Origin: Hydrolagus affinis | Taxonomy: Eukaryota | Assembly: GCA_012026655.1 (NCBI GenBank) | Contig: JAAILG010000856.1 | Location: forward strand, 1 to 64,000 | Direction of reading: 5' to 3' | Length of the DNA: 64,000 nt | Made by a program: the position numbers and the translations under genes | Shown: piece after piece, positions 49,682-63,330 of the stretch | Numbering within the stretch: the first letter of the stretch is position 1 | How the letters are laid out: every line of letters begins with the position of its first letter | Notes under the pieces: model-generated | Database searches by the model: none | Told to the model about the DNA's origin: nothing | The model's input: the letters and a program-made list of their open reading frames with translations, nothing else

Positions 49682-52381
49682 CTTTCTGTACATATCGCAC
49701 ATACACATGGAGTGATATTTACTGCATAGCCAATGCACTGGAAGCATTGTCAGGGCTGAATAAAACCAGTTGTACAGTGTTTCCGGTTTCCCCAATAGAC
49801 CCATGCTACATTGAAGGGCACTAATGACAAGGTTCCCCTTTACTTAGCAAAATGGACAAGCTCACGAGCATTTCACATAGGAATAGAACTACAACAGCAA
49901 TACGAGACTTATGTGTTCGGGAGTCAGGGCCAGTTCTATTCACAGCAAAACAAGACATCAATCAGTTCAAGGGCTTCATGATACAACACTACTGGTCAGC
50001 TACATGGTATATGATCATCGCTTCATCTCTTAAATAAAAATAAATAGGGCAGTCATCACAAAACGATGAGCGATGAGTCAACTGTAGGGAGGCTTTTGAC
50101 ATACAAACTGCCCTAGTTTTGCATCTTGGTTCTGAAGCCCCTTTCCAATTCTCTGGCTGTGGAACCAACGTCGAGGAGGAAGCTGGCAGCTTCCCCTTTA
50201 AACCTGCTGCGGGACGCTGCCTCTTCAGAAATTTAGTTGATTTATACATCGGCATTCTGGCCTTAGAAACCACAGGTTGTAAAAGGGAAAAGCAGAAATA
50301 GTGTTTGAGGAGTACAGGATTCACATTAAAATAATCAGAATGAAGGCTACAATTTTGTATAATTTCATGTTTTGATTAATTCTTTACGGGAGGGATAGCC
50401 ACCCTCTTCCTTTTCTCAAGTCAGTGATTCCCATTAAGCTGTTTCCTTGGTTAATGGACACTCTCCTGTTGTTCTTTCAAGTGGCTATTTTTGATATCTA
50501 AGCCCAGACAATGAGCGTTGGCCAACTATAATACACTTACTGCACTGGATCCAATCACCTGAAGCACAGTCTCGCTCATTCCCCTTCAATCCACTGTCCA
50601 CACAAAGACTTTGCAGCAGCGAAAGCAGGAGAGCATTTAGAAGCAGTATTTGAGCCAAGTTTTCTCGTCCAATATCCAGATCTGTTACACTGAAGCCTTC
50701 AGGAGCTCTGCATAATAGCCTTGGCTATCGTCATATTTTCTGGATATGGTCTCTCCTGTTGTACAGAACTCACTAATGCCAATGTAACAAAATATTACAA
50801 TTGAGTATAAGTTATCAATGCAGTACACACAAGCACATCTCACCATGTCTCAGATCTAAAGCTGATGTTACAAACCACATGAAGCTTCCAGAGAGTTATA
50901 ATGAATTGATGATCTAATTTTCCACCAAATGGATCGCTGTCATACCAGGAATGCAACCTTCCTTCTTGCACCCCCGGGAAATCAGTATGAAATAATAATT
51001 GGGAGAATTGATATAGAAACCCAGGAGAGAGTGAAATGTGTACCTGCATACAGGTGTCCAATAGTCTGAACCACCTCATAAAATAAATCTAGCCACACAC
51101 AAGGGAGTGCAGGGTTTGATAGAAACAGAAGATCAGTGGTAAAGATAGGAAGATGGCTTTACTACTGATGCGTGCTGCATACAATAATCCAAAGCACAAC
51201 AATCAATGTGTTCTAATGCAAATGCTAATCAGCATGCTGGTCACGACACTGGACTATAAACAGATATTAAGTGCAGAATCGTTGCTTGTTTGAAGAACCA
51301 AATAGCTATGTTTATCCTGGCATCCCAATACACAAGGTGCCAGCATATTAATCACTCTGAGAGAAAAAGGTTGAAAGAGAAAGCATCTTCCTGATCATAG
51401 AGTAGCAAAACATATATAAACCCCTCTCTCCTCCTCCTCTCACCCCTTGCCCCAACAACACAATCAAGAAAGTCATTAGGAGACACTCCTGTACAGAAAT
51501 GTTCTTAAAAGTCAGATTTATAATTTAGTTCAAGGACTTCATGTTTATTTGAGCAAATGCACACAAGGAATTGAATTTAGCTGACACGTTCAGTACTTTG
51601 ATACAAATCAAAAGTGACATGGAATTGAAGTCATCGGTTACAAGATAACTCAGGACGTGGGTGTGCAAATGGAATAGTCAGCAAAAAGTGCTGCCAGAAT
51701 GTATCAAGGCAAACAAAGAAGAAGTAAAAATGAAAACTTCAATCGTATTAGCACAGGAAAGAATCAGAATCTCAGTCACAAAGAGCAAGAAATTACAGCA
51801 ACGTGAGCGCTGGTAATAGGGGAGCTACTTGGAAACCTTCACTGGGGCTTTTTGTGAATTTGCAAATCCCATGATAATTAATCACATTTTGGGGTAAAAA
51901 CTTTGATCTTTGACCAAGTAATATCAGTGGGGGGTAATTATCATACTGAACATCCCATTCCTGGCAATATCCCTGTTGTTCATTTGCAATCATAACATAA
52001 CCCACCCCTAACCTCCCCACTGATTCTGAAAATAGTCCAGCCCCAAAAGCCACTGTGAAAACCACTGAGTTGTCCTATTATAGCCTTGTAGCTGCTGCTT
52101 TACCACAAGAGTCGCATTGCTCAATTTTTGAAGAATTATTAAATTTCTTTCCTCCAAAAGTCCCATAATAATTAACCAAATGTAGGAATCATTAGATAGT
52201 TGATGAATTGTTCGCTCTCATATCTTTGACTGGCAGATTCTGGTCATTGTTCAGTATCTGTCCACAGATACTATGATCAAATAATCTAATTCCTCAAGAG
52301 ATATCACTATGTTCTCTGTTTCCAGGAAGTGAAGTCAACTTTTTGCCAATGAACATTTTCAACTAAGAAACAAACACACTA

Positions 52382-52690
52382 AAACAACAACAACTTAGAT
52401 TTATATGGCACCCCGCCCTCCACACCAGACGGCATCTCAGAGCGCTTCATAAAACGGATCCCGGGGCCGCACCAGTGGGAAAAGGGTGACCAAAAGCGCG
52501 GTTGAAAAGAAAAGTCTTTTGGCACAACCTGAAAATAGGAAAAGAGGGGGCGAGGCGAAGGGAGTGAGGAAGGGAGTTCCAGAGCCTCGGGATGTGGTGG
52601 CTGAAGGCACGGCTGCTGACGGTGGAACAGAGGATTCAGGGGGCAAGGAGGAGGCCAGACCGGGTAGAGCGAAGGCAACGGGTACTAGAG
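52382..52690 (-). mobile_element. L2 3' end
   Basis: Reverse complement of the same L2 3' UTR and tail. Confidence 0.85.
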
Positions 52691-53079
52691 AATAAAATCT
52701 CCAGAACAGACATAAAGTTCACTATTTCATTCCCACCAAAAATAGTCCACTCACACATAATAATAATAATAATAATAATCCTTGCATTTGATATAGCGCT
52801 TTCCACATCTTATCAACGTCCCAAAGCGCTTCACAGAATATACCGTAAAGTGAATTGACTGTATATATATTTGTGGGCGAATCGCGAGGTAAGGAAAGCA
52901 ATCACTACTGGAAGTTAAAATGAGCAGACAACGAGTGACAATGAAAATAATGCATTTTAAGGTCTATGAAAAGAAAATGACTTTGTGTTAACAACAAAAT
53001 AGCACTTGTATAGTGCCTTTCACATCGGAAGGATGTCCCAAAGCGCTGAATAGTCAGGTCGGGACCTAAGGAGCCCGTT

Positions 53080-53412
53080 ATAATAATATAATTCTTGCAT
53101 TTGATATAGTGTTTTTCACATTTTATCGACGTCCCAAAGCACTTCACAGAATATATTGTAAAGTGAATTGACTGTATATTTATGGACGAATCATGGCAGC
53201 CAATTGTGCACAGCAGTGTCCCACAAATAGTCGTGGATTGAAATGACCAATTTAGTATTGTGGTTTTTTTGGACGGATTATTATTAGGCGTGTGGAGTAA
53301 GGAAACTTACCCAAGGTTTCGCCCTGCCTGCCTGGATTCGAACACAGGTCTCCCCAGCTTGGTCTCCCCAGCTTGCAAGACACGTACTCTAACCACTAAG
53401 CCAAAGGAGCTC
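53080..53412 (-). mobile_element. tRNA-derived SINE
   Basis: Same family; carries a small tandem duplication GGTCTCCCCAGCTT x2. Confidence 0.85.
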
Positions 53413-53584
53413 GACATTAAGTGCAAGTTTTCATTGGTTAACCTGACACCTGCAGATCTAGAGTGAAAAGTCAACCAAATACAGGGATGAACCAATGAGA
53501 AGATTTCAACAATTTTAGTATCACTTAAAGAAAGGATTACAGATGTCAGTATCGATCATGTGTAACAAAAGAAAATGAGCAGCG

Positions 53585-53790
53585 TCCGTCCGTCCATCCA
53601 TCCGTCCATCCATCCGTCCATCCATCCGTCCATCCATCCGTCCACCCATCCGTCCACCCACCCGTCCACCCACCCGTCCACCCACCCACCCACCCACCCA
53701 TCCATCCATCCATCCATCCATCCCATCCATCCCATCCATCCAATCCAATCCAATCAATTGAATCCAATCCAATCCCTCCCTCCCTCCATC
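53585..53790 (+). repeat. Compound tetra/pentanucleotide microsatellite (CCGT/CCAT/CCAC/CCAAT)
   Basis: Directly visible tandem array; it explains the GW/DG-repeat ORFs in the track. Confidence 0.95.
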
Positions 53791-54507
53791 AAGTTGGAGA
53801 ACTGGACCAGGGGAAAGCTTACACCAGCTCACTGACACTCTTTCCCTTCTTCTCCCTGCACCTGTTTTGCATGTTTCAAACTATCAATTTTGTTGAGGAG
53901 TTAAGAAGGATCTTCCTCAATCAACCTAAAAGGCCCCCCTCACCTTTTCCTCGACTATAAGCCAACTAAAAGGCTTAGTTAATCGATCCCTCAGATGAAT
54001 GGCCTCTCAAGCCATGAACTCTGTACATTTAGAGGAATAATCAGGCATGTATGGGGAAGTTATGGCGATTGCACTTGACAGCATTGACAATCTCGGGCAA
54101 AATCATTGCTCCATAAAATCATGAACAACTGCACATTAAGCAATCCATGTGCAGCAGTCTGACAAATAAAGCGAGTAAAATCAATTGCAATTTAACTGAA
54201 GTTTAACGGAGAGCTCCAAGACAACTGGATTTTCTCACAGCAGAGGCAGCATTCTGCAGTTACAATGCCTAGCATTGTACCGGTATTTCATTCCTGCTGC
54301 AAAGGATTTCAGAATCTACGAAAAGCAACACTGCATTTCCTCCCAGCAGGTTTTCCCATATTCCCCCACTTTCCCCTCAACCCTCTGTATTCTTTCTTCG
54401 TCGAGTCTTTCCAGTCCACACAAGTACTTTCTTAATGCCTCACCCTTTTGAAAAGAAGAATTTAATTCACAGAGACACAAATACAGCTAAAAGATGTTCC
54501 GCAAGCT

Positions 54508-54817
54508 AATAATAATAATCCTTGCATTATCTTCTACACATCTCAAAGCCCTTCACAGAATACACTGTAAAGTGAATTGAGTGTATATTTGTGGGACAAA
54601 ATAGAGTGTATATTTGTGGGACAAAATACACAGTCAATCCACAAACAGTTGTGGATCGAAATGACCAATTTATTATCGTTTTTTTTTGAGGGATTATTAT
54701 TAGGCATGTGGAGTAAGGAAACTTGCCCAAGGTTTCTCCCTGACCTGCCTGGATTCGAAACACAGGTCTTATATTTGTAAGGTGAGTGCTCTAGCCACTG
54801 AGCTACAGGAGCTCCAC
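54508..54817 (-). mobile_element. tRNA-derived SINE
   Basis: Same family. Confidence 0.85.
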
Positions 54818-56013
54818 AATACAGGAGCTGTACACAATGCAGGGCATTTAAAGCTGCATTGAATCTATAACTGGGCCATATTCTGTGTGGTTAAGTATTC
54901 AATGTCCAAACAGATCAGAAAATGCAGAACCAGCAAATACTCAATTTTTGACCCAACAACTTACGAGTGGCAAACATGAGGAATCGAAGTCTGCATCACA
55001 CAAACCTCTTCCACTGTAGTATGCACCAATTGCTCTGAAAGAAACTTGAGAACATTTGGTCCATGGACTGCAACAACAAAGGGTTTTGAGCAATAGCTAG
55101 CAATAGCTAGCATTATATACTCTGAGGTGAATGCTTTTTAAGTTAGCGTAATGTTACCAAAATGATCTAATCAACAAGAGTGGAACTACGATTCACCAAA
55201 TAAACTACTGAACCATTGGGTATATATACATTTCCTGGAACATATATTTTTCGCAAAGTTTGGAGCTCTAATATTCCTTTACAATGCAGAGCAATACAAA
55301 TTACATTTATAAAACACCTTTCACATCAGGAAGACGTTTCAAGGTGCTGAACTGTCAGGGATTAGGACTTGATTAGGATGAGTGGTCTTGAGGCCTGCCT
55401 TGTTAACATCAGTGTACCTGGTGAAAAAACTGGTGACCAGTATACATGTTGAAACTACAGGATTTATCTGCGTTGCCAGGTTGGTAATTAATTTGCGAAG
55501 TAGATGTTTATTCCACATATGCATGAATAAAAAAAACTTAGGACAATATGTTATGCAATCACCTCAAATTGCTCCTATCTTTGCCACCCAAAGTACTTTA
55601 CAGATGCTAATTTGGAAGGGCAAAAATCTAGAAATAATACTAACTGTTTGCTTGGTGGTGAAGAAGCAGAATAATTGCACATATTGGGAATACAAATTTT
55701 ATTGTCCAGTCAAAAGAATACCTACTGCAAATACCAGCTGCACAAATAGGTCGCATACTTAAAGTAGTTCTCTGCAATCCTCGTGACAACCACAGATTAC
55801 ATAAGGAATTTCATACTCTGTATTTTCAATAGTATTTCACCCCTCACCCACCTACCCACCACCCACACCCAGCAACTTAAACTACCGAATGAAATCACAA
55901 GAGAAATTATTTCATTTGGCCCCACATACTTATGGTTTCAATTACTTTGTTGTTCAAAATAAAAACTGGCTAGAGCCCAAAATGAAATGACCTTGTTTGC
56001 TGCTCAAGAATAT

Positions 56014-56335
56014 GTGGAGCTCCTGTTGCTCAGTGGTTACAGCTCTCGCCTTACAAGCGTGAGGTGTTCGAATCCAGGCGGATAGGGCAAAACCTTGTGC
56101 AAGCTTTCTTACTCCACACGCCTAATAATAATCCGTCTAAAAAAACCACAATAATAAAAATTGGTAATTTTCAATCCACGACTGTTTGTGGGACCCTGCT
56201 GTGCGCAATTGGCTGCTGCGTTTAGCCCACAAACATACAGTCTATTCACTTTACAGTATATTCTGTGAAGCGCTTTGAGACGTCGATAAGATGTGAAAAG
56301 CGCTATATTAAATGCAAGGATTATTATTATTATTA
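56014..56335 (+). mobile_element. tRNA-derived SINE, full length
   Basis: Same family, relatively well preserved. Confidence 0.9.
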
Positions 56336-57796
56336 CATGAACACATATTTTTGAAAAGCCACAATTGATGGGCCACACTCTGCTGGCTGCTTTTACTCCC
56401 CTTCCAATATCACTGTCAGCAATTGCAAGCTGCACAACAATGTAGGAAGATTACACACATAAACATATCATAGATGTCACGAAACACTGATTGTCCAGCG
56501 CCTTGGGACATCCTGATGTGAAAGGCGCTATATAAATGTAATTTTATTATTGTTATTATTGTCACATAACACACTAGCCCAGAAAGATAAGTGGGAACTA
56601 AACACAAAAATTGTTGTTCAATGAACTGGTAAAATAAAATCAGTAGGAAAGTTAGATTGAAATAAGAGAGATCTAATAATCCTTAAATTCACATTTCACC
56701 TTTCATGACAGGAGGATGTCTTAAAGCATGTCACAGAATATAAAGTGAAGCGACTGTGTACTTCACTCAACCTTTAACAATCTCTGCTTGAAATAATGTT
56801 ACTGCAGCATATTGAGCTCCTACCTACCCTAGTTACTACAAACAATTATGACCTCTGTAACTATTGCAACTCAATCTGCAAAATACATCCTCTCTGCTCA
56901 GTTCCCTAGTACCTAAGCAGTTGTAAAATAAATTAAGTTGGACATATCCATTTTAATAACATTCACGTTAATAACATTATTTTACATAAAAATGTCAATG
57001 GCAATGTTTTCACATTAAGGAGGGCCCCTCAAAATGATTAGATCCATCTGAATTTATTTTACAATTGTCACCAATATCTATATTACTAAAAGCGTCAAAT
57101 TCACGAGTCAGTACTTTTTGGCACAGTAAATATTTCCCCCCATTCCAAAACAGAAAAGCTTGCAATTAACAAAAATGATTCTCTGTGGATAGTACAGCAG
57201 CTAAGGCACTTTCATAACAAAAGCCATTTAATAGAGTGCTGGAGAAATAGAATTAGAAGGAGAACAGAAAGATTTGAGCATGTGCCTTTCTGCCAGAGAT
57301 ATGTCGAATCATTGACTTTTGAGGTCAGAGCCTTCCTCAAAATAAAAGAAACAATTTCCTAAGCTTATTGCAGGAAAGGATTAGGATTTTCAATGGTGAA
57401 GCCCATTATTTGCTCTAAAATAATTTGCTCTATAAAACCAAGTTCAACTATCGTTTGTATGCCAACCAGAAAGGCTTCAGTTCAGTTGACAGTAGATCCA
57501 CCTCAATAAATGAATGCCAACAAAATATATTCAGATACGTTTCCCTGGGGAAACGTATTTGACGCTTGTACTGTCTTTTCACAAGAGATGCCTTGGAATA
57601 GTTGCATATCTCTGCAGTCACTCAAGGCATTGTTGATGGTTGAGCAGTCTATCTTGCTCATCCATCAGACTTGGGAGACATCAACATGTCCTCCTCCTGG
57701 TGAATCAAAACCCTAAAAGGCTGCACAACAAGTAGCATGAAACGTGCTACTGTTTTGTGCTGGTAAGCAGGGCGGTTGCCATTATATAATATTGTT

Positions 57797-58102
57797 AATA
57801 ATAAACCTTATACTTGATATAGAGCATTATCACGTATGCCGTTGAAATGTCTCAAAGTGCTTCACAGAATGTATCGCGAGGTGAATTTACTGTGTATTTT
57901 GTGGGCCAAACAGTCATGAATTGAGTGATCAAATTTTATTTTTTGGATGGATTATTACCCCGGAAAGCAATCTGACAATCGATCAACAACTGGGTTCCTA
58001 CTTACTGCTAGGTAAACAGAGGCATGTGGAGAAACTTGCCTAAACTTCGTCCTGCCCGGTGATCGAACCTGGATCGTAAGGCTTGCGAGGCGAGTGCTCT
58101 AA
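57797..58102 (-). mobile_element. SINE, long subfamily with CORE-like central segment
   Basis: AACAACTGGGTTCCTACTTACTGCTAGGTAAACAGAGGCATGTGGAG. Confidence 0.75.
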
Positions 58103-58502
58103 AGGAACCTAACCCGTGAACATTGCTGCAACATTAATGAAAATTAGTGTAATGCATTAGATGTACTTGACAATTAAGGTTATTAAAACGTAAGGAAAAA
58201 AAGGTGACAAAGTGAGATTAAAAGATTTGCTATCATCTAACAAACTAAACAGGAACACGCTCAAGAAATATGAATAGCCTCTGCCTGATAATTCATATAT
58301 GATAGACTGTGTGGTATGTTATTCATATGCATGGCTATATTACAGATTTCAACCTCGAAAAGTAAGTAGTCCAGAGCATTCCTCACAATATTAAATGATA
58401 AAAATGTACAGCATCCTGTAAACACTAATACCTGCTCAGAGTTTTACAGTTCACTGCACACACAGGAGCTCATCAATCCAGTATTTTGCCTCTTTCAAGG
58501 TA

Positions 58503-58812
58503 TGGAATCCTGTGGCTCACTGGTTAGAGCGCACGCATCGCAAGTGAGAGACCTGGGTTTGATACCCAGCAGAGCAAAACCGTGGGCAAGTTTCCTTACC
58601 CCACACACCTGATAAGAAATCTTCAAGAAACAAAAATTGGTCAATTCAATCCATGACTGTTTGTGGGACATTGCTGTGTGCAATTGGCTGCCGCGTTTCG
58701 CCCATTAATGTACAGTCAATTCACTTCACAATATATTCTGTGAAGTGGTTTGAGACATCTAGAAGACGTGAAAAGCACGATATCAAATGCGAGGATTATT
58801 ATTTTTATTATT
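58503..58812 (+). mobile_element. tRNA-derived SINE
   Basis: Same family. Confidence 0.85.
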
Positions 58813-59539
58813 TTATTCTGGTATTTTAAGCCTCAGGACCAAAGATCAAAGCCACCTTTTAAAGCGTGCTTTCAACAATGTTCTTCATTTCCCCAAAATT
58901 TACATTCAGAACACTTTAGATATAAATATCCAACATTATAGATGTTACTGTATTGAATAAGCATGCTCAGTAAAACCGATACCCTATTGATCCACACATT
59001 TATGTGATGAATGCAGGTGGACCAGCTTCTCAGCTGTCAAAGACCGAGTTCTACCCAATTACACCTGGGATTTGAAACCAGAGTTGATGGATACAAATCT
59101 GGTTTGCTCACACATTTTAGCTTCCAAAACCTCTGCAAACAGATCTTTTGTAGCTCTCCAATTTTAGCCACTAAAAACTCTACACACAGATCTATTGTCG
59201 CTCTCCAACAAATGCATGCAAGCTGAACTAACCGATTAATCCATGACAAATCTAACATGTGGACTGAAATTTTTCAGTGAAGCCCTGTCAATGCTCTAAG
59301 ATGCTTTCAGATGGATCTTTGATAAATAAGCTGAGGGAAATGCAGCCACAAATGGTTTGGACACCATCCACAATTCAACTCGTTAACTTTAACATATATA
59401 TTTAAAAGTAATAAAAGGTTAACGAAAATATGTGCGGCGTCTTTCATGCTTCTTCTCCCAACAATAGAGCAACTGAAGTGTTAGTATATATTAGCATATT
59501 ATTTCATTATACTATTACAAGATTATTATATTCAAGATA

Positions 59540-59588
59540 ATAAATAGATAAATAAGTAAGTAAGTAAGTAAGCAAGCAAGCAAGCAAG
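59540..59588 (+). repeat. Compound microsatellite (TAAA)n-(TAAG)n-(CAAG)n
   Basis: Directly visible. Confidence 0.85.
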
Positions 59589-60102
59589 TCAATCGATCCA
59601 TGACTGTTTGTGGGATGCTGCTGTGCACAACTGGCTAATGCGTTTCACGCGCAAAATACAGTCAATTCACTTTACAGTATATTCTGTGAAGTACTTTCAG
59701 ACATCTCGATTATGTGATTAGGCGCTATGTCAAATGCAAGGATTTTATTAATAATATTATTATTATCATCACATTGCAGAGCTAATTCGCACATTGCAAT
59801 GTATACACTTTCATTAAATTTCTCAGCCCTGGTACATACTGTATAAGGATATTAAATGTAAACTTGGGTACCACGTTGCTGTAGGGTTGATGAGCAAAGT
59901 CAAGGATCATCATTCTTTTTATATTAAAGTGACCCCCAAGCTTTGTCTTTTCCAAGGCAGTTCCTTTAAGCACTCACTCCTTCACTCACAACAATACAGA
60001 TCTCTCTCCTCTTACCCTAAGCTGCTTTGCTGGGCTGAATGATTGGAAGCCAACAATTACCCTGCTTTAACCATTTGTTACTGGATCTCATACTGTATTT
60101 GT

Positions 60103-62130
60103 ACAACAACAACAACAACAACAATTTTGATTTATATAGCGCCCTCCACACCGGACGGCGTCTCTGAGCACTTCACAATAGCGGATCCCAGGACCAAGCC
60201 AGAGGCAGGGGTAGAAAGGTGACCAAAGGTGCGGTCGAAGAGAAAGGTCTTCAGCTGGGATATGAAACTGAGAAAAGAGGGGGCAAGGTGAAGGGAGTGA
60301 GGAAGGGAATTCCAGAGCCTTGGGGCATAGTGGCTGAAGACCTGGCCGCTGAGGGTGGAGTGGAGGATTTGGGGAACATGGAGGAGGCCAGACCCAGTGG
60401 AGTGAAGGCAACGGGAGCTGGTTTGAGGAGAGAGGAGATCAGAGAGGTAGGGGGGTGCAGAGGAGTGGAGGGATTTGAAAACAAGGGTGAGGATCTTGAA
60501 GTCGATCCTCTCGGGGATAGGGAGCCTGTGAAGTCTGGCAAGGACTGGAGTAATGGGGGAGCGAAGTTTGGTGCGGGCGAGTATGCGAGCGGCAGAGTTT
60601 TGGATGAGTTGGATTTTATGGATTGTGGTGGAGGGGAGACCATCAAGGAGGACATTTGAATAGTCCAGCCATGAGGTGACGAAGGCATGGACCAGGGTTT
60701 CAGCGGTTTATGGGGTGAGGTATTGCCGGAGACGGGCAATCCGTTGGAGGTGGAAGAAGGCGATGCTGCTGAGGGACCGGATGTGGGGGAGGAAGGACAG
60801 TTGGGGATCGAACCTGACGCACAGGTTCGGAGAGTTTCAGGGGGAGACCAGGAAGGTGGAGGAAGTGAGAGCCATGTGAATTGAGACGTTGATGAGAGTC
60901 AAAGAGTATGGCTTCCGTCTTGTCGACATTCAGCTGCAAGAAATTTGTGCTCATCCAGCTCCTGATGTCTGACAGGCAGGCTGACAGAACATCAGGGGAC
61001 TGAGGGCTGCAAAGTGAAGTGGAGAAATAGAGTTGGGTATCAACTGCATACATGTGGAAGTATGCCCCATGTCTGCGGATGACATCCCCAAGAGGGAGCA
61101 TATAGCTGAGGAAGAGGAGGGGGCCAAGTATGGATCCCTGGGGTACCCCACAGGTAACTGGGTAAGAGTGGGAGGAAAAGCCGTTTGTGGAGATGTACTG
61201 CTGGCGGTTTGTGAGGTAGGACTCGAACCAGGCGAGTGCGGTCGCACTGAGGTGGATGACGGTGGACAGGCGGTGGAGGAGGATGGTGTGGTCGACTGTG
61301 TCGAATGCAGCGGACAGGTCCAGGAGGATAAGGAGACAGAGGGAGCCCTGATAGAGATAGAGAGGACGTCATTTGTGACTTTTACAAGTGCAGTCTCTGT
61401 ACTGTGGGCAAGGCAGAAACCGGACTGGAGGGGTTCGAAGAGGGAGTGAGAGGAGAGGTGGGTGCGGAGTTGGTTGGCAACAATGTGTTCCAGTGCTTTT
61501 GAAAGGAAGAGCAGATTAGAAATAGGTTGGTAGTGGTTAGGGTTTGAGGGATCTAGTGAGGGTTTCTTAAGGAGGGGGATGATGGCAGCAGTTTTTAAGG
61601 GGGCAGGGACTGAACTTGTGGAGAGGGACTGGTTAATGGTATCCACACCGGACGGCGGTGGTTGGCTTCAAGGAGGTGAGAGTGCGTGAGAGGGAGGAAA
61701 GAGAGACTGGAGAGAAGGAGTGTAGGAAGGGGGTCACGGGAGGAGTTGATGATGGGGTGGGTGAGGGAGATGGGGGTGGTAGAGGGTGACGAGAGGCAGG
61801 AGGATGAGGCTGCCTGGCGGATATTTTGGATTTTTGAGGAAATGAAATCCATGACCTCCTCGCACTTCGCATTTGAAGTGAAGATTGAGGAGGCCTGAGG
61901 GGGTGCACGGAGGAGATGGTGGGTAGTGGAAAAGAGGACTTAGGGATTTTTGTTTGCCTCCAGGATAATGTTGGAATAGTAGGCCATTTTTGCTCGACAC
62001 AAAGAACGGTGGTAGCTGTGGAGATGCTTGAGCCACAGTTGGTGGTGAACCGTAAGGCTGGTTTTCTGCCACCTGCGCTCGAGCAGCCGGGTTTGGGCTA
62101 CTACATGTTTGGTAGTAAAACGAAGTAATT
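60103..62130 (-). mobile_element. 5'-truncated, frameshifted L2 LINE (ORF2 reverse transcriptase remnant)
   Basis: Frames encode PLLKKPSLDP..YQPISNL.FLSK, LQSGF..HSTETALVKVTND, the GVPQGS region and FHMYAVDTQLY (degenerate YADD). 3' tail GCGCTATATAAATCAAAATTGTTGTTG. Confidence 0.95.
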
Positions 62131-62202
62131 CTGCTCCTGAGCAATGAAAAAACAATAAGGGATATTAGGAGAGAGCTGGAAAGCCACATTAATAATGATA
62201 GC

Positions 62203-62440
62203 AAATTACATTTCTACAGTGCCTTTCACGAGGACATCCCGAGGCGCTGGACGGTCAGGGATTTGGACCCGAGCTGGGGGTTGGGCTCAGGAGGGGTGAA
62301 CGGTAAGGAGGGCAGGAGTAAGAGAGTGACCAAAGGCATGTGCAAAAAGGAGGATCTTGAGACATAACTTGACGGAGGCCAGGGAGGGAGCAGGGCATAA
62401 GGATTGCGGGATGGAGTTCCAAAAGGTGGGGGCACAGAGG
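62203..62440 (-). mobile_element. L2 3' end (second subfamily)
   Basis: AAATTACATTTCTACAGTGCCTTTCACGAGGACATCCC followed by the L2 3' UTR. Confidence 0.75.
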
Positions 62441-63020
62441 ATGATTTAGAAAAACAGTAGTACAATAGATACAATGGACTGACTGGCTCCCTGCTGTATA
62501 GACACTCATTGCGGTATTGTATGGTTATTGTATGGATTCCACAACTTCTCACAATTACCAAAGGACAAAAAACACAAACGTCAAGGCAAAATAACGCAAC
62601 ACAAGATCCTAACCTCAAAAAGCTTCAGCCCTCTTGCGTCAAGCAATCATAATTCACAATTTAGCATGGCAGTCAAATTGTTTGACAAAGCAGCTGAATT
62701 TGCTGACACAAAGCTGACATTATCAACAAAACAAAGTGTGTCCAGATCTGTGTTAAAACAGGCAACAAACATACTGTTCTATTCAACAATGAACATAAGA
62801 AAAGATCTGCAGGAATGGAAAAGATATTCAATCATCCTTCCATATAACTATTCATCTTACTAAAAACAGGTCACCTGATTTCTCTTCTGCCTCAGTATAT
62901 ACCAGTACTGTATATACATGTTCTGAATTTCCAGCTGAATTGTTAAGTAAACCCGCTCTTTAAGATTAAATGGTTAAGTAAACCTTTTCAATGTCTAAAC
63001 TCCAGTGTTTTCTTCATACT

Positions 63021-63330
63021 GAGCTCCTGTAGCTCAGTGGTTAGAGCACTCGCCTTACAAGCATGAGACCCGTGTTTGAATCCAGGCAGATCTGAGCAAA
63101 ACCTTGGGCAAGTTTCCTTATTCCACACGCCTAATAATAATCCCTCCAAACAAACCACAATAATAAAATTAAATTGGTCATTTCAATCCACAACTGTTTG
63201 CGGAGACAATTGGCTGCCGCTTTTCGTCCACAAATATACAGTCAATTCACTTTACAGTATATTCTGTGAAGCGCTTTGAGACATTGATAAAATGTGAAAA
63301 GCGCTATATCAAATGGAAGGATTATTATTA
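63021..63330 (+). mobile_element. tRNA-derived SINE
   Basis: GAGCTCCTGTAGCTCAGTGGTTAGAGCACTCGCCTTACAAGC head and standard tail. Confidence 0.9.

Noticed and set aside
53521-53838. GW/DG-repeat ORFs resembling Argonaute-hook proteins
   Set aside because: Translations of a tetranucleotide microsatellite, open in several frames.
60088-62204. Several overlapping 100-230 aa ORFs
   Set aside because: Frameshifted pieces or antisense frames of one dead L2; the YADD motif is degenerate (YAVD).
63021-63090. tRNA-Val-like sequence with A and B boxes (also at 12751, 35541, 56014 and others)
   Set aside because: Mismatched stems, each followed by the same SINE body and tail. These are SINE heads, not tRNA genes.
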